NCBI RefSeq assembly: GCF_009914755.1
Contig: NC_060929.1
Source: the human T2T-CHM13v2.0 reference genome, Homo sapiens
Length of the DNA stretch: 64,000 nt
Direction: 5' to 3' (one strand)
This document shows positions 1-20,255 of this stretch, piece after piece. Under the pieces are notes generated by a model. It ran no database searches and was not told the origin of the DNA. It saw nothing but the letters and a program-made list of their open reading frames with translations. The stretch's first letter is position 1, and every line of letters starts with the position of its first letter. The position numbers and the translations under genes are program-made.

Positions 1-592
1 TGCCAAGTCTGTTTCTGGACTATCCGTTCCAGTGAGATGCCTGAAAATCTTTTTTTCTAATACTATGAAATTTTTGTTTATTAGAAAATTAAAATATAAA
101 AAATGACAAGCAAGAAAATAATCAGCCATACACCAACAGAATCAGCCACAGATAATTTCTTAGCCTTCCACCCCTTTTAAAGAAAAATTTCATGTTTTTA
201 AGTGATATATGTACATTTTAAATAATTTGAATACAGAGAATATTAAATTATCCCAATCCCACCACTCAGAAATCACCATCATGAACACTACATTTATATC
301 ATTCCAGAAAACTTTCTATGTATATTTACTGATAGGAGGAAAGATAATAGAGATACTTTATAGGAATCTGGGCCATAATACAGATGCTATTTAAATTAAA
401 AGTACTTAATTTTACTTGAATTTAAAAGAAGACAAAGAAGTTGAAACTGAAGAAAGAGTTGAACTTCAAAGAATGTTTCTTGACCACAAGAGATATTACT
501 TCCTAAAAGATACCTCTGAGGTTAAACAAAAATTGTAAAAAACACTGAGGTTAGAGTTATTTTCTTAAAATGCACATTTCAGTGACATATGA

Positions 593-614
593 GTGTGTGT
601 GTGTGTATGTGTGT
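593..614. repeat. (TG)n microsatellite, interrupted
   Basis: gtgtgtgtgtgtgtatgtgtgt read directly. Confidence 0.85.
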
Positions 615-869
615 TCAGTGTGTTCATTGCTTTGAAAAATTCGCTCTCATGATTCTTTCCATCTCTGACTGACCTGCTTCCTAAGTTTAGTTACATATTA
701 TTGTTACATTATCCATGTTTATAACACTCATATTCTGTTTTGTAAACATAACTTCATAGTTAGTTGATAAATATTCTGAATTAAAATGAATTCAATGGTC
801 ATCGTTAGTCTTCTTACCAAGGCTTTTTTTTCCATTTGCAAGTTCTTTATTTTTGTTCATCTCTTCATG

Positions 870-1700
870 GACTAAATTAATCGTTAAGCTGTTTTTCCAG
901 GAAGTATTTTCGATGTTTAACAGTATCTGTCTGTGCCTCGATACTGGAACCATATCTTGGCTGGGTATAATATCCTTGAGTCTCATCTTTCCCACTGAAT
1001 GTGGTAGGTTTTGCCTCTTTTTCTTCTGGGAAGAAGCCTGAGGCCAGCCTGAATTTTCCCCTTTATAGGAGACATTTTTTTCTGCTTGAATGCCTAAAGA
1101 AGTCACTCTTCATCTTTTTTTTAGGTTCAATAACTTAACTAAGATGTCTTAGTAGTAAACATTTCAAATCAAGCTTTTCTGGAATATAGTGTGTTCTTTC
1201 AATCTGCAGCTTTAGTTTTGAAATTTACCTGTTTGTTTCTCCATTAAAGGAATTCTCTTTTGGTTCTGTTTCTGGTTTTCCTTCTTCAGGGATTTTAATT
1301 AATTTTTATATCAGATCAGCTTTGTCTGTCTTTCATTTCTACTAATTCTAATTGCTTTAATCTCTTTGCCTAGTTTAGCTGCCCTAATTCAGTAATTTGA
1401 GTTTCAATGGGGCCCATTCTCTTTCTTGTTAGTTCTAATTTGTTTGTCTATAATAATATGTTTTTGTCCTCAACTTGTTGCCTTTCCATCCCATTCTTGT
1501 GTTCTAGCATCCTATCGTTGAGCCCCCACTTTATTAAATTCACATTCTTAAGTCATTTCATAATATGAAGCAGTTGCAAGAAATTCCTTAAGTTTTTTTA
1601 GGGGTGGGGAGGAGCCCTCATCTTTCGCTCTCTGTTTTTCCCCTTATTTATCATTAATATTTTGCTGCCATGTGTTTGCATCCATTTCTTTTCTTTCTGG
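870..1700 (-). mobile_element. Old L1M fragment, antisense
   Basis: T-rich strand bias and motifs such as ttttctggaatatagtgtgttctttcaatctgcag that resemble ancient L1 5'/ORF1 sequence; subfamily and limits uncertain. Confidence 0.5.
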
Positions 1701-2392
1701 TTTGGTGGCTCTGTCCAGACCTTCTTTATGCCACTGTAACACAGCAGCAGGGAGAAGAGCTTACTGACGTCTCCCCACTGTTTGAGACCCTATTTTTCCC
1801 TCTGAGCTAAGCAGAAGGCTGAGTATTTAGGTTCTCTACACTTTTTGGTAGTCTGGATGGGACAGCTGAGCTGAAGCAGCCTGTGGTCTTTGTTGGAATG
1901 CCTCAGCATGCTCCTGTCCTGAGAGCCTTTTTAATGTCCTGTACGGGCTCATGCCACCTAACTGGGGTGGAAAGCAGGACTCTATACACCTTTTCTGAGG
2001 AAGGGGCAGAACTCAGGATCAGTTTCCCCATGGGGAGTGTTGTTCTGGAGACTTTATTTCCATCAGCCAAGTCAGCTTGGTGGCTCGTGCTCCCTGCTTC
2101 CCCATCTCCCCCCGGCATGCTTTTTAATACAGCTCATTCAGAAGAGGAAGAAGACAGGGCATGACTCACATCTGCTTCCTTTCAGATTCAGGAGCCATAG
2201 GAAGAATGTTCAGGTTTTGGTCCATTTCTGGGCACTCGGGACAGGGTAGGGAGCAGAGACGTGTGGTGCCATTCCTTGCCACTCCAGAATCCTCTACGTC
2301 TTTCTTTAGATGTCAATTTGGAAGTTTATTGTGTTGGTTGCTGATAATAGATTTTACTCCCTTGTTTTATTTACTTTCTTTGATTTTGTTAG

Positions 2393-2785
<393 letters not shown>

Positions 2786-3418
2786 TAAAGCAGCACATGT
2801 TACTTCTGGCTTTGAGGTCTGACTTGTCCCAATGACTGCCGAAACAATACAAAACAAGAACAGACTCGAAGAGCCTACTGAATTCCAAAGTCCCGAGATG
2901 TCTCAGCTGGCAGGCAAACTCTCCCATTTTGAAAACCAGAATTCTTAAAAGCCAGATTGAGGAATTACAGTCTCATGGCAGTGCTGCCAGGTTGAGGCCT
3001 AGATCAGGAGTCCTGGCCTGATGGAAAAGTTAGCCTAGAGAGAAGGAACAATTTTCTTATGCGTGCCAGAAAGATTGGCAAGAGTTTGTACTGAGGCTGG
3101 GTACAGGGAGCCATGTGGCACAGAAGGAACAGCCAGCAGAAAGCAGCCCTTCCCTGGCCTCATGGGTTTATAGCTGTCCTGTGCCTCGGAATTCCACAGT
3201 GTACCCTCATGCTGCAGGATGCCTCCCTGCCTTCTACCAGAGCATTTAGCATGGATGTCCTGGAGACAGAGCACCAGGGACACCTTGGAAAGCCCTGGAA
3301 ATGAGAATCTCTGCCTTTTTTCATAGAAGAGGCACGCCTAGCCCATGAGTCCCTGGGTTCCCTGAGACAGTCCTGAATCCAGGGTTCTCAGGGATGCAGC
3401 CAGGTTTTGTGGAGCCTA

Positions 3419-3818
<400 letters not shown>

Positions 3819-4191
3819 TTATTTAGAATGAGAAAAGAACAGGACTTAGAAGGGACACAAGCAAGTGAGTGACCTGGAAATGTAAGCCTCAAGTTTCATG
3901 AGGTCCAGGGTGCCCTCAGGGAATGGGCCAGAGACACCCACAGGTCTCCAGTCCCTGAGTCCACAGGGATCCCTGCAGCAACTCTATGGTCCAGAACTGC
4001 CAGCAGGGGAGCAGACCCCACTCCAAGCCTGGCCCAGAGGGTCTAAGGACAGGGCATTGACAGCAGCTTTACAAGGAGCTCCACGAAACTTATTCAAAGA
4101 TTCTGCCCATGGCCTCCCCTAGAACCCTGGGCCTCTCCCAGGTGGAAGCATTCTGCTCTTTTAACGTAGTTGTGGCCAAAAAGAATTCTCT

Positions 4192-4837
<646 letters not shown>

Positions 4838-5929
4838 CTACAATCTATAGAAGTGGAGGACTTCAAGATGCTCCCATTACAGAGAGGCCACCCAGCTCCA
4901 GCTCATATCAGCATGGTCTCCATCTCTGCAGCCATGAACAGGTGGGATACAAGCAGGTGAGAGGAAGCCCCACATGGTGACACCACTAGGCAAAGATGAG
5001 GAAGTTAAAGTGTTTTGCTTTTTTGGAAAAATGTGACCTTCAGAGGGCATGAGGGAAGTGCAGAGAGAGAAAGAATGCTTCATGCTGTTTAAGGTGCTAG
5101 AAGAAGCCATCAGGAAAGGAGACAGTTAACTAAGGACAGGCAAATCAGCAAGGCAAGATTTAAAACGAGAGGGGTCTGCAGAGCAATGCTTTTCAAACTG
5201 GGTCAAAAGGGGCCATGGGGGACAAACACTCATCTGGTGGAGCTCTACAACCTCCCCAAACAGCGCCATCCCGCCTGCTTCATATATAAGGCTTTCATTT
5301 CAACAAAGGGTTTTTCCGCAGCTAAAAATAAGTCTGACAAACCACCTCTCTGGGGGAAATGTATTCAGACAGACAAAATGGGTCTGGAAAAGGCTGCTGC
5401 TGGGAGGAATCCAGGGAAACCACTGAGTCCGAGTTCAGACAGCTGAGAGGTAGAGTTTTACCTAGAACCAAGGGGCTGGCCAGGGAGATTGGAAGAAAGG
5501 ATTCAAGGGAGCTAAGAGAAATTACTCTAAGTTGAATTAGAAGTAGAAATGACGGTAAATTCACAATAAAGAAAACACACACCACAAGGCTGAGGCCATC
5601 TGACTGGGGAATGAAAATGGAGAAAGCTAAGGACCTGATTAACATACAGAATCCAGTCTAGATGAACTCATGAACAAGAGGCCAAGGCCCAGCACTCATC
5701 TGCTTGGTTCATATCACCTGTTTATTAAGTGTTCCTTGCCTGCTGGGGTGGGGAGCAGGGGGGCTGGATTGTGAAGGAGTGGTAACCAGGCAGAAGCCTT
5801 TGGGGAAGTGGAAGAAGGTTGAACGGAATACACCTCCATTCACGGCAGAACTTCTGCTGCAGGACTTGGGACTTGTTGATCCAGGACCTAGCGCAGTATG
5901 GGTTATGGGACCCATACCCACAGGCAAGA

Positions 5930-6403
5930 TGGTATGGTGGTCAGAATAGTGGCCCCCCACAAGACGTCCACTTCCTAATCCCCACAGCCTGTGAATATCT
6001 TACCTTACATGGCAAAGGGCATTTTGCAAATATGATTGAATTGAGGATTTTTAAATGGAGAGATTATCCCTGATTATTCAGGTGGGCCCAGTGAAATCCC
6101 AAGGGCCCTTGTAATAGGGCTGCGCTATAATAGGGAAGCAGAAGAGTCGGAGAAGGAGATGTGATGAGAGAAGCAGAGATCAGAGTGATGCAGCCACCAG
6201 CCAAGGAATTTGGGCAGCTTCTAGACCGGAAAATGGCAAGGAAACGAATTCTACCCTACAGCCTCTAGAAGGAGCATAGTCCTGCCAATACCCCGATTTC
6301 AGCCCAGGAAGACTGTGGGACTGCTGACCTCCAGAACTGTAAGACAATGAATTTGTGCTGTTTTAAGCCACAACGTTTGTGGCAGCAATAGAACCCTAAT
6401 ACA
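5930..6403 (+). mobile_element. MaLR solo LTR (MLT1D-like)
   Basis: tggtggtcagaatagtggccccc...gtccacttcctaatccc start; ccagaactgtaagac...ttttaagcca...ctaataca end. Confidence 0.8.
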
Positions 6404-6429
6404 AATGGCACTGTGTCTAAGGGTGTGCT

Positions 6430-6650
6430 CTCTGAACTCAGTTGTCTGAATTCTAATTCCAGGGCCATCACTTGCCAGCTGAGGGATCTCAGGTAAGTAA
6501 ACTTATATTCTGTGCTCAGTTTCCTCATGTGCAAAATGAGGATAATAATAATTTCTGCCTCATATGGTTATTGTGAGGATTACATGTGAAGTGCTTAAAA
6601 CTATTTCTGACACAGAGGAAGCTTTTCAATAAATGTTAACTGCTGCTAAT
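6430..6650 (+). mobile_element. MIR SINE
   Basis: Core ctcagtttcctcatgtgcaaaatgaggataataat. Confidence 0.75.
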
Positions 6651-7534
6651 ATTATTATTATAATAAATTACCATCACAAGATTTATTTCCACCACCCTGC
6701 TTTCACCTTCCCAACCCTGGACCCAGAAATGAAGCTTGATCAGAAGATGAAGGACAAGTTCAATGTCACAGCTGTTAAGACTAGGCACCAGCATCCATCA
6801 TTCACTCACTCAACAAAGTATTTGTTGAGTGTCTGTTATGTGCCAGCCACTGGTTCAGATGTGGAAGACACAGGAAGAGAGGAAAGGGGACAAAAGTCTT
6901 CTTCCTTGCATTGCTCTTCCTTTCATCAAGGAAGAAAATCTTTCCAGATCCCCCACTAAAAATGCCCCCTGAGATCTCAGTGACCAGAACTGAGTCATTT
7001 GACCACACAGAATATAAAGGATTGCCAAAGGTTGGCCTGGACTAATGGAATGTGTGTTGGCTGTATTACTGAGAATATTTAAATTTACTGTAGCAGGCAA
7101 GAAAAAACAAAAAACAGTAGGCAAAATTCAAAAGCTGTGTTAAGAATAGATGGTAAGTTGGTAACTTGAGAGACACGCTAGACATAGAATACATGAAACA
7201 TATGGGTGTCAGGCTTAGATTTAAAAGGATAGAACACACAAGAGTATTACTTGGAGATAGAAAGGGATGGAAACCCCCAGTTATAAGGCAAGGATCATGC
7301 TAATTCCAGATGGACAACTGTCATCCTCAAATTGGTCCCCTTAGAGACTCCCACTTTGATCCCATCCTGGTCCCTCCTGTACTCTTTCCCAGCTGCTTGG
7401 CAGGTAAATTATATGCTATGGGTCTAGCCAGTGTATTTGCCCCTAGGCTTCTTTGATAAAGCCTGTTAGCTCTAGGCACCTTGTTTGCTGAGCCCCTTTG
7501 TTCAACCTTAACTCTTGTTTTCTTTTATCTTTCT

Positions 7535-7845
7535 CACTTTACTTATTTATTTATTTTTTTTCAGACAGGGTTTCCATCAGTCACCCAGGCTGGGGTGCGG
7601 TGATGTGATCACAGCTCACTGCTGCAGACTCGACCTCCTGGGCTTAATCAATCCTCCCTTCTCAGCCTTCCAAGTAGCTGGGACTACAGGTGTGTGCACC
7701 AGGCCTGGCTAATTTGTATCTTTTTGGTAGAGAGGAAGTTTCACCATGTTGCCTAGGCTGGTCTCTAACTCCTGGGCCCAAGCAGTCCTCCCACCTCGGC
7801 CTGCCAAAGTGCTGGGATAACAGGTGTGAGCCACCGCACCCAGCT
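7535..7845 (-). mobile_element. Alu (J-type)
   Basis: Antisense Alu consensus with ctcctgggc diagnostics. Confidence 0.9.
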
Positions 7846-7900
7846 AACTCTTATTTTCTTGTTTTCATAATCACATTGTCAGTGTGGACAGATAATGGGG

Positions 7901-7902
7901 GA

Positions 7903-7962
<60 letters not shown>
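7901..7962. repeat. (GA)n microsatellite
   Basis: Long gagaga run read directly. Confidence 0.97.
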
Positions 7963-7968
<6 letters not shown>

Positions 7969-9631
7969 TTGGGGGGAATATAGAGGGATAGTATGTGAAC
8001 CCTGGAACACAGGATTCAGGCAGTATGCTCCCTCCAACTTGCTTACCCCATACCCTAACTGGGTTAACCTACCCCACCTCTTTCCCCTAGCTTCTCACTG
8101 TACGCTTTAAATTGGATCAATAAGCAGGGTGACTTAAGTATCTTAAATTGGTCTGTGAGTCTTTCTGTTCATGATCTCCAGACAGCTTACCTGACAGGGT
8201 ACTTGGAAGCTACATTGCATTAAGATAATTTCCCACATGACAAAACAATGATTTGCCTCTAGGGCTGGGCACATTGCTATCTGAAAAAACTGGAGTCTGT
8301 TAGAAAAGAAAGAGAATGGCTGTTGGGTAGGTGCCTGAAGGCACAAGAGTTCACTTAGTCTGGCCTTCTGACTCCAGGTCAGGCAGGCTGAGTTCATTTT
8401 AGATAAAGGAAAGTGTCTGTTTTTCTGGTGAATTATGGATTTGGGGCCTGTAGAATTTGTTCTTATCTGTGAAGTCCCACTTGGAGGGGAGGGGAAGGGC
8501 TGGCTCACTTCTCAGGATCCTGCTGGCCCAGGTTATGACTATAGAAGTTCCTCAACAATTGAACACTGGGGTCATTTACACAACAAAGATTTACTGAGCG
8601 CTTACAGTGTGCCATGGGCATGAAGGTAAAGAAGGCATGGATGCTGCCTGCCAGAGTTCAGAGTTCAACAGGCAAGCACACATAAAAAGTATTAATTAAA
8701 ATAATACACAGACCAACTTGACCACCCCTTTAAGAAATCTGCCCTCAGTCAAGCAAAATATGCTAAGAATAAGATAAAAGGGCAAAATACCAGCGTTACA
8801 AAGCCCAAATCCTGAGCCACCTGGTACCAGCAGCCTGCTCCGGTCTCTCACTGCCAACTTTTACCTAGTTCTTCCTTGTTCTCACCTCACTCACCTTGCC
8901 CGCCCAGGGTGACATTCCTTTAGTTTTCTGCTGGCCTCCAGAACCCTGTGTCTTGGCCATCCCCATTGTTCTTGCTCTCCTTGCCTCAGCAATCCTACTG
9001 AAGGCATACTGGTGGACACCTGATGGCTCAACCTGGCTCTCACCCTCCCAGTGTGTGCTCTGCTAGAGCAAATGCTTCGCCCCCAGCCCAGGCTGTCTTG
9101 GTGGGACCCAGACCATCACAAATCAGGAAGCACACTGCCCTGGTACCCCCTGCCAGGGATCCAGGGGAGAATGAGAGGAGGGAGATCGTCCCTGGAGATG
9201 ACATTTGGGCTGAGGCTTAAATACTAATTTGCTCTGGTCAGCAGCAGTTTCAAACACAAACGATGAGCCCACCCAAGGCAAAGACACTCTCCAGGAATGA
9301 AGCCAGGGCCTTGGGGAGCTACATTAGCTCTTCCAGGCCACCACTGAGAGAATGACAGCAGGTCAACTCACATTACACGAAATCCATCTGCTTTCTCGGC
9401 ATGCTCCTGAGCTGCCCAGAGTTTCATGAGAAAAAAAAAGTATCACCAGCCCTGGTGCCTGACAGCACTACATCCTGATGCTTCCCTGCTCAGCAGGCCT
9501 CCCAGAGCTGCCTGGAAATCCTGCACTTGTTTCTGGCCACCATCCTGTCCCTTCTCCACAGCAGCAGCCCCAAATATTAACCACTCTCCCTGCCTCCAGC
9601 CCCCTTCACATTCAGCTGATGCTTTGTCCTC

Positions 9632-9925
<294 letters not shown>

Positions 9926-10534
9926 TGATCTCTTTTATTACAAAGAAAACCTATTTATTGGTTCAAAAAAACATTAAAGACCTACTGTGTGCTAGCACCA
10001 GGGGGATAAATCAGGTGTGGTTCTTGCCCTCACAGTATAGTGGGAATTCAGAAAAGTACAGATGGTCATGATACCAGGACAAGCTGGCTACTCTGTAACT
10101 GAAGCCGCTGGGCACTGGCCAGCCTCCAAAGCCCTTCCCCAGCCCTCACCCAGCCAAGTGCCAACAGCTCTGCCTGGACAACCTTCCCTCTGGGCTCCAA
10201 GAAGTGCCCAACTCTTTCCCTGGGCATTCCCTTTAACAGTCTTAGTGATTTTTTTTTCTATTTGCCACATCTTAATAACTCTCTCTCCTCCTTCAGTTAC
10301 CCTCTTATCTGGCCAACACCATCAAGTATCCTCCATCTAAAAAAGTCTGGAGTCCTCCTCCCCTGATGGGTCCTCCTTATCTCTCCTTCCCTTTCCTGTC
10401 CTAATCGAAACAGTTATTTACTTTCAACTCTCTCATGTAAGATGCTTGTCAGTTATCAGTTGTCAGTTTTCTTTTGTCTCCACAACTCCAAGGAAACTGT
10501 TTTTGTTGAGGTCACAAATAACCTCTTCATCCTG

Positions 10535-11483
<949 letters not shown>

Positions 11484-13124
11484 CCACTTGTCACCTTCTA
11501 ATGTACCGTGTATTTCATTTATTTATCTTATTTCTGTCTTCCCTACTATATTGTGAGCTCCATGAGGACAGAGATTTTGCTGTTTTGCTCACTAATAAAT
11601 TCCCAGGGCCTAGAACAGTGCCCAGCACTAGCAGGCCCTCAATAAACATAAGGCAAATGAATGAAGTTGCTGGGTTTATTTAGAAAACCTCATGCATGGA
11701 CTTTCCTCCTTGTCAGTACATACAGCTCTTCCTCATGTGTCCCGCAGGGGTGGCCATAGCACAGTTTAGCCCTTCCTTAGATCTTGAAATTATTTCCTCC
11801 CTTGGCTTTTCTGCCTCTACAGAGGCCCATTCCTTCCTCCTCTGCTCCATGGCTATTCCTTCGCCTGCCTTTTTGGGACTGGGATTCCTCAGGGTTCTTC
11901 CTGTCCCTTCTGGCCCTTGCTACACCTTCCCCCTAGTTGGCCACCAACTGAAAGCTCAGGACTCCCCCTGGCTCCAGCCCAGATGTCTCTCTTGAGCTCC
12001 AGACCCTCATGGGCAGCTTCTTTTCAGGTGATCCACAAATACCCCTCTTACCTTAGAAACTTAACTTGTCCAAACTCAGCTTGTACCTTCTCCTTCTTTT
12101 ATCTTTCCTATCTTGACAAACAGAAACAGTTTTCCTCTTCTCACAAGACAAAAACTATGGAGTCACTTTTGGATGCTCACTTTCCCTCATCCATCTGTGA
12201 AGGGTCACCAACTCCTGATTGTGCTCTTAGAAACATCTCCTGAGCCAGGCTCTCTTCTCTCCCCCACCCCTCCCGGCACTACCCTCATCCAGGACTTTTT
12301 CATCTCCTGTGGACTCCAGCAGTACTTCCTCAGAGGTCTCCCTGACATGGATCTCTCCTGTTCATCACCCACATTGCCACCAGGAGCTTCCTAGAAGCTG
12401 AGTCGGTCACACATTGACTCCTGGCTGACTACATAGAGCTCCTTCAAATCAGGAGTATAGCCCTGAACAAGGCAGGTGAGATCCTGCCTTCAAGGTGCTG
12501 AGAGTCTGCAGAGAGGCACTGAGCAAGTAGCTGCAATAGCTGGAGGCATGGTGATGGGGAAAGTAGAGAATGTGATGGAAGCACACATAAGGAGGGACTT
12601 GATCTAGTGGAGGCTCAGAGGAGACCCCTTGAAGAAGGGGCACAGACTGCAGCAGGTGTTAACCAGGCACAAAGTCTGTATGGAATGGGAGGTGGGAAAG
12701 GAGAACTATTTCAAGATGAAGGAACAGAATTTGAGAAGGTCCCAATGTAAGAGAAAAGGAGACCCATTCCAGGAAGTGAGAAGAGCTAAGGGTAGAGGAT
12801 GAGTACTGAGAGACAGGGCCAGGGCCTCCCAGCTCAGGATCATCTCCTGTCTTTCCAAGATGCCATGACAGACATTGCTAGGAAAACTTCTAAAGTATAT
12901 TCCTTTTTGCAATAGCACAGAAAAGAAGAGAAGAGATCTGAAGATAAAGGATTACAACAGGTTTCTAGGAGATAGAAAGTGGAAAGGTGACTATTCATGG
13001 TTAAAGCAGATTGGGTGGAGCTCAGAACCCTCACAGAGGGGCTGTATCCACCCATTCAGACACCCCTCCCTCTGCATGCAGAGACCACAGATGCCATGGA
13101 GACCCGGCAGCAGAAGGGGACTGA

Positions 13125-13999
<875 letters not shown>

Positions 14000-14099
14000 T
14001 CCTCAGACATCTTAAAAGGTATAAAGCTTACCTCATGTTTGAGTGTGAGAGAAAAGAAAAATAAGATCCATGAGGTTAAGTAAAATTCCTTAGTTTTCA

Positions 14100-15305
14100 A
14101 TTTGATTTAGAAGTTTTGTAGGAGTTAATGATATATCTTATCTTTAAAGAAATGCATTTCTAGCTCAGTCTACTGAAAAGGCCTAGAAAAATGACGAACC
14201 CAGTAACAATGAGAAACAAATGAGAGCAATGACTTTATTCCAGGTCTACAATGGAAAATATAAAAAATAGAAGTGGGACATCTTAAAGTTTCAGATATCA
14301 AAGAAGAGTTGAGGCAGGAGGCTTGGAGTCAACTAAAAAATGTTTCCACTGGCAAAAGAAGAGATAAACATTGAGAAAAAATTTTAAAATTCACAGTTTG
14401 CCTTTGGAAGAGATAGGGACTCATTATTTTTTAAAATGGTAAATAAAGGGAAAGAATCAAGCATTTATTCTACCTTTCCCATAGGGACCTCAAGATAACT
14501 AAATAGTAAATAATGGGAAATTTCTCTCTAACATAGGAATCCTGCAGCTAATAAATGAGTGATAACATAACTAGAACATCACCATGTCATAATCATTAAT
14601 AAAACAATGGATCTATACAAGGACAATCAATGGCTGCTCACATCATAAAAAAGAGAGAAGTAGACATGATGTGCCTCCTTTTGGGAGCACACAATACTAC
14701 CTATGAAAGTACCCCCAAAATAACACAACATAATCTGATCAATACTCTAGATTTCATTGTTAACTCACAGGAACTATAGGGAATAAAGGACTATGTCATA
14801 CGTCACAGCAGGAATGCAATCAGCAAAACCCAGACTCTGGGAAACTTTACAAGACAAAACAAAAAAAAACCCAGTTTCTTTCAACAAATAAACTGCAAGG
14901 GAAAAAATGAGATGAAGGAACCATAAATTAAAAGAGACTCAAGAGACATATCGAACAATTGCAACTGGCTCCAATTCACACAAGCAAATGTTTATATATA
15001 TATCAGGGAAATTTGAACACTGATCAGTTATTTGATGACATTAAGAAATCATTGAGAATTTTTAGGTGTGCTAATGGTATATTTATTATGTTTTTTTATA
15101 AGAGTCTTTATCTTTCTGGGACATATACTTAAATATTTTCTGGTGATATGATATCTGGGGGAAAAAATAATCCAGGAGAGGTGAGCAGTGGCTAGGAGTG
15201 TGGGTGAAATAAGGTTGGCTGAGAGTTGATAATTATTGGAATGGTGGATAGATATATAAGGGTTCATTATGGTATAGTTTTATCTCCTTTTATAGATGTT
15301 TGAAA
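14100..15305 (+). mobile_element. Old L1 (L1MC-like) 3' region
   Basis: A-rich strand with aatgcaatcagcaaaacccagactctgggaaact and gggaaatttgaacactga...tatttgatgacattaag motifs. Confidence 0.65.
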
Positions 15306-15307
15306 TT

Positions 15308-15939
<632 letters not shown>

Positions 15940-16318
15940 CTAAGGACCTTTTCTTAGGAAGTTACTTGATAGCATGCTTTAAAGCTACCAAAGCAAAAGA
16001 AAAAGACACATCATTCAGAAACAGTGCATCCAACCCAGGACAGCAGTTATAGGAAATCCCAGGAGGAGAGCTGAGAGCTGTGCAGCAAGTCAAGAGAGCA
16101 ACCAGGCCAGACTGTCTCCAAGGCTCTTGGAGAGAGGTGAGGAGTTGGGGCAGAGCATTCAACAGAATAGATAGTACAACTGATGGCCTGGCAAATTTAT
16201 AGAATGCAAAAAAAGAAGAAAGGCAATTAATTGCACTCCCAGAAAAACAAAATAGACAAGAAAGGCCAAACCCAAACATGAAGCAAACCGAAACACAGCA
16301 CAGAGGTGGTTGGAGTAA

Positions 16319-16634
<316 letters not shown>

Positions 16635-16949
16635 AACACCATTTTTCATGGTTATTACGAAGTTAACTTTTTTTTCTTTCAGAATCAACTTAGAAAGAAC
16701 TTACGGAGGATTTTACTATAGCTAAACGAAATGTAAATGTTATTGAACTCCATAATGTATGCCAAGATATAGACAAGGAATGGTTGGGTCACAGAAGGTG
16801 GATGGGAGGGTAGGAGCTCTAAAGTTTCCATCTTACAAAATGGTAAGTCAAAAGTTCAAGACTGATGAAGACAGACATTGAGGTTTAAGTATATTTTTTT
16901 AAATTTGAGAAGAGACCTGAGGAGGAACCAGGAATCCTCTGGAGAGACA

Positions 16950-17248
16950 AAGCCAAGCACGATAGCTCATGCATATAATCCCAACACTTTGGGAAGCCAA
17001 AGTGGGAAGGTCACTTGAGGCCAGAGAAGACCAGCCTGGAAAACATAGCAAGACAGCATCTCTAAAAAAATTCTAAAAATCAGCCAGGCATCATCATGTG
17101 CGCCTCTATCAGCTACTTGGGAGGCTGAGGCAGGGAAGGAACACTTGAGCCCAGGAGTCTGAAGTTGCAGTGAGCCTTGACTGCACCACTGCACTCCAGC
17201 CTGGATGACAGAGAGAGACCCTTCTCAAAAAAAAAAAAAAAAAAAAAA
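16950..17248 (+). mobile_element. Alu (J-type)
   Basis: Diverged sense Alu with A tail; ggagacaaa repeated on both flanks. Confidence 0.88.
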
Positions 17249-18070
17249 GGGGGAGACAAAAACCCTTATTTGTTAGAGTAGGCTATCCAAGGTTGATAAA
17301 TCAACAAACATCAGTATAAGTATACTATTTGAAGATATGGAGATCATCACCAGGAGTACTAAAACACAGAACTGGCCAAAAGAAGTCCTATGGGGAGGAA
17401 GCCTGGAAGTGGGGATCACAGTGTCAGGACACTACCACTTTTCATTCCAAGCTCCTCTGTGCATGCATTGTTTTGATCAGAAGCTATATCATAGAGGGCA
17501 TTGTGAGCCATTGAAAGTAGCTTACGGAGTTTTACACAGACAGCCAAGTGATATGGTTAAATCTGTTTTCTAAATGGAATGCTCCGGCTGTAAGCAGAAA
17601 ACAGAGTGTGGAGGCAAGCCAGACTGGGAGCAAGGAGATTGGGTACAACAGGGAGAGGGGAGGGAGGACTGCAGCAGATGTCCAGGCTGAGTTGATTATG
17701 GCCTGGCATAAGAATGGAGAGAGCAGGAGGAATTCAGGAGGTACTAAAGAGGGTGAAGAAGAATCATGACAGATGCCCAGGTCTCTGCCAGACCCAGATT
17801 GGGTGGGTGATGGTGCCTTTTTTTGAGCTGGGGAACCCTGGGGGAGGGAAAGGAGGGTTAGGGAAGAAGATAACCAGTTCAGCTGGGACATGTTCAGCTT
17901 TAGTCATCAAGGATGTGTAAGGCCCTTAATGGTCTGGCACCAACCACCCTCTTCAACCTGTTTCTGCACTCACTCACCCCCAATCCTCATCCCTGGTCTG
18001 TTACCCTGTACTTCTCGCTGTTCCACAAACACACTATATGCCTTTGCTTGTGCTCCTCTGCCAGGAATGA

Positions 18071-18556
<486 letters not shown>

Positions 18557-18722
18557 TGAGCACATCTTCCCGCAGATCTCTGTTTATATATGTATCTTCT
18601 CCATCAGGAAATGGTTTTACAGAAAACAAGAGCTGCCACCTATTATCCTTTGTATTTTTAGCTCTGAACTGGAAGTACTAAGGTGTTTCATCTTGTCAAC
18701 TCTATCAGCTTGGTGATGGCTA

Positions 18723-19206
<484 letters not shown>

Positions 19207-19484
19207 TTATCACATCAAATACCTTGTAGAATGAGGAGCCTTCCTTGGAGTCAGAATACCTTTATGCTATAGGGAAGTTTTGCTCCTAAAATGTGATCCA
19301 CACGTCAAGACTCTCCAACATGCAGCCAAAGCCATAGCTTTAGTTGAGACATGCCTGGGCCAGATCTCCTCACAGCCTCAGGTCATCTGAGTTCAAAGGC
19401 CTGAGGAATGCCACTCATATTTCAGGATAGAATCTTCCATTCCAGCAAGATTTGAGTAAACCCACCATTTCCTTCTAACCTTCG

Positions 19485-20255
<771 letters not shown>

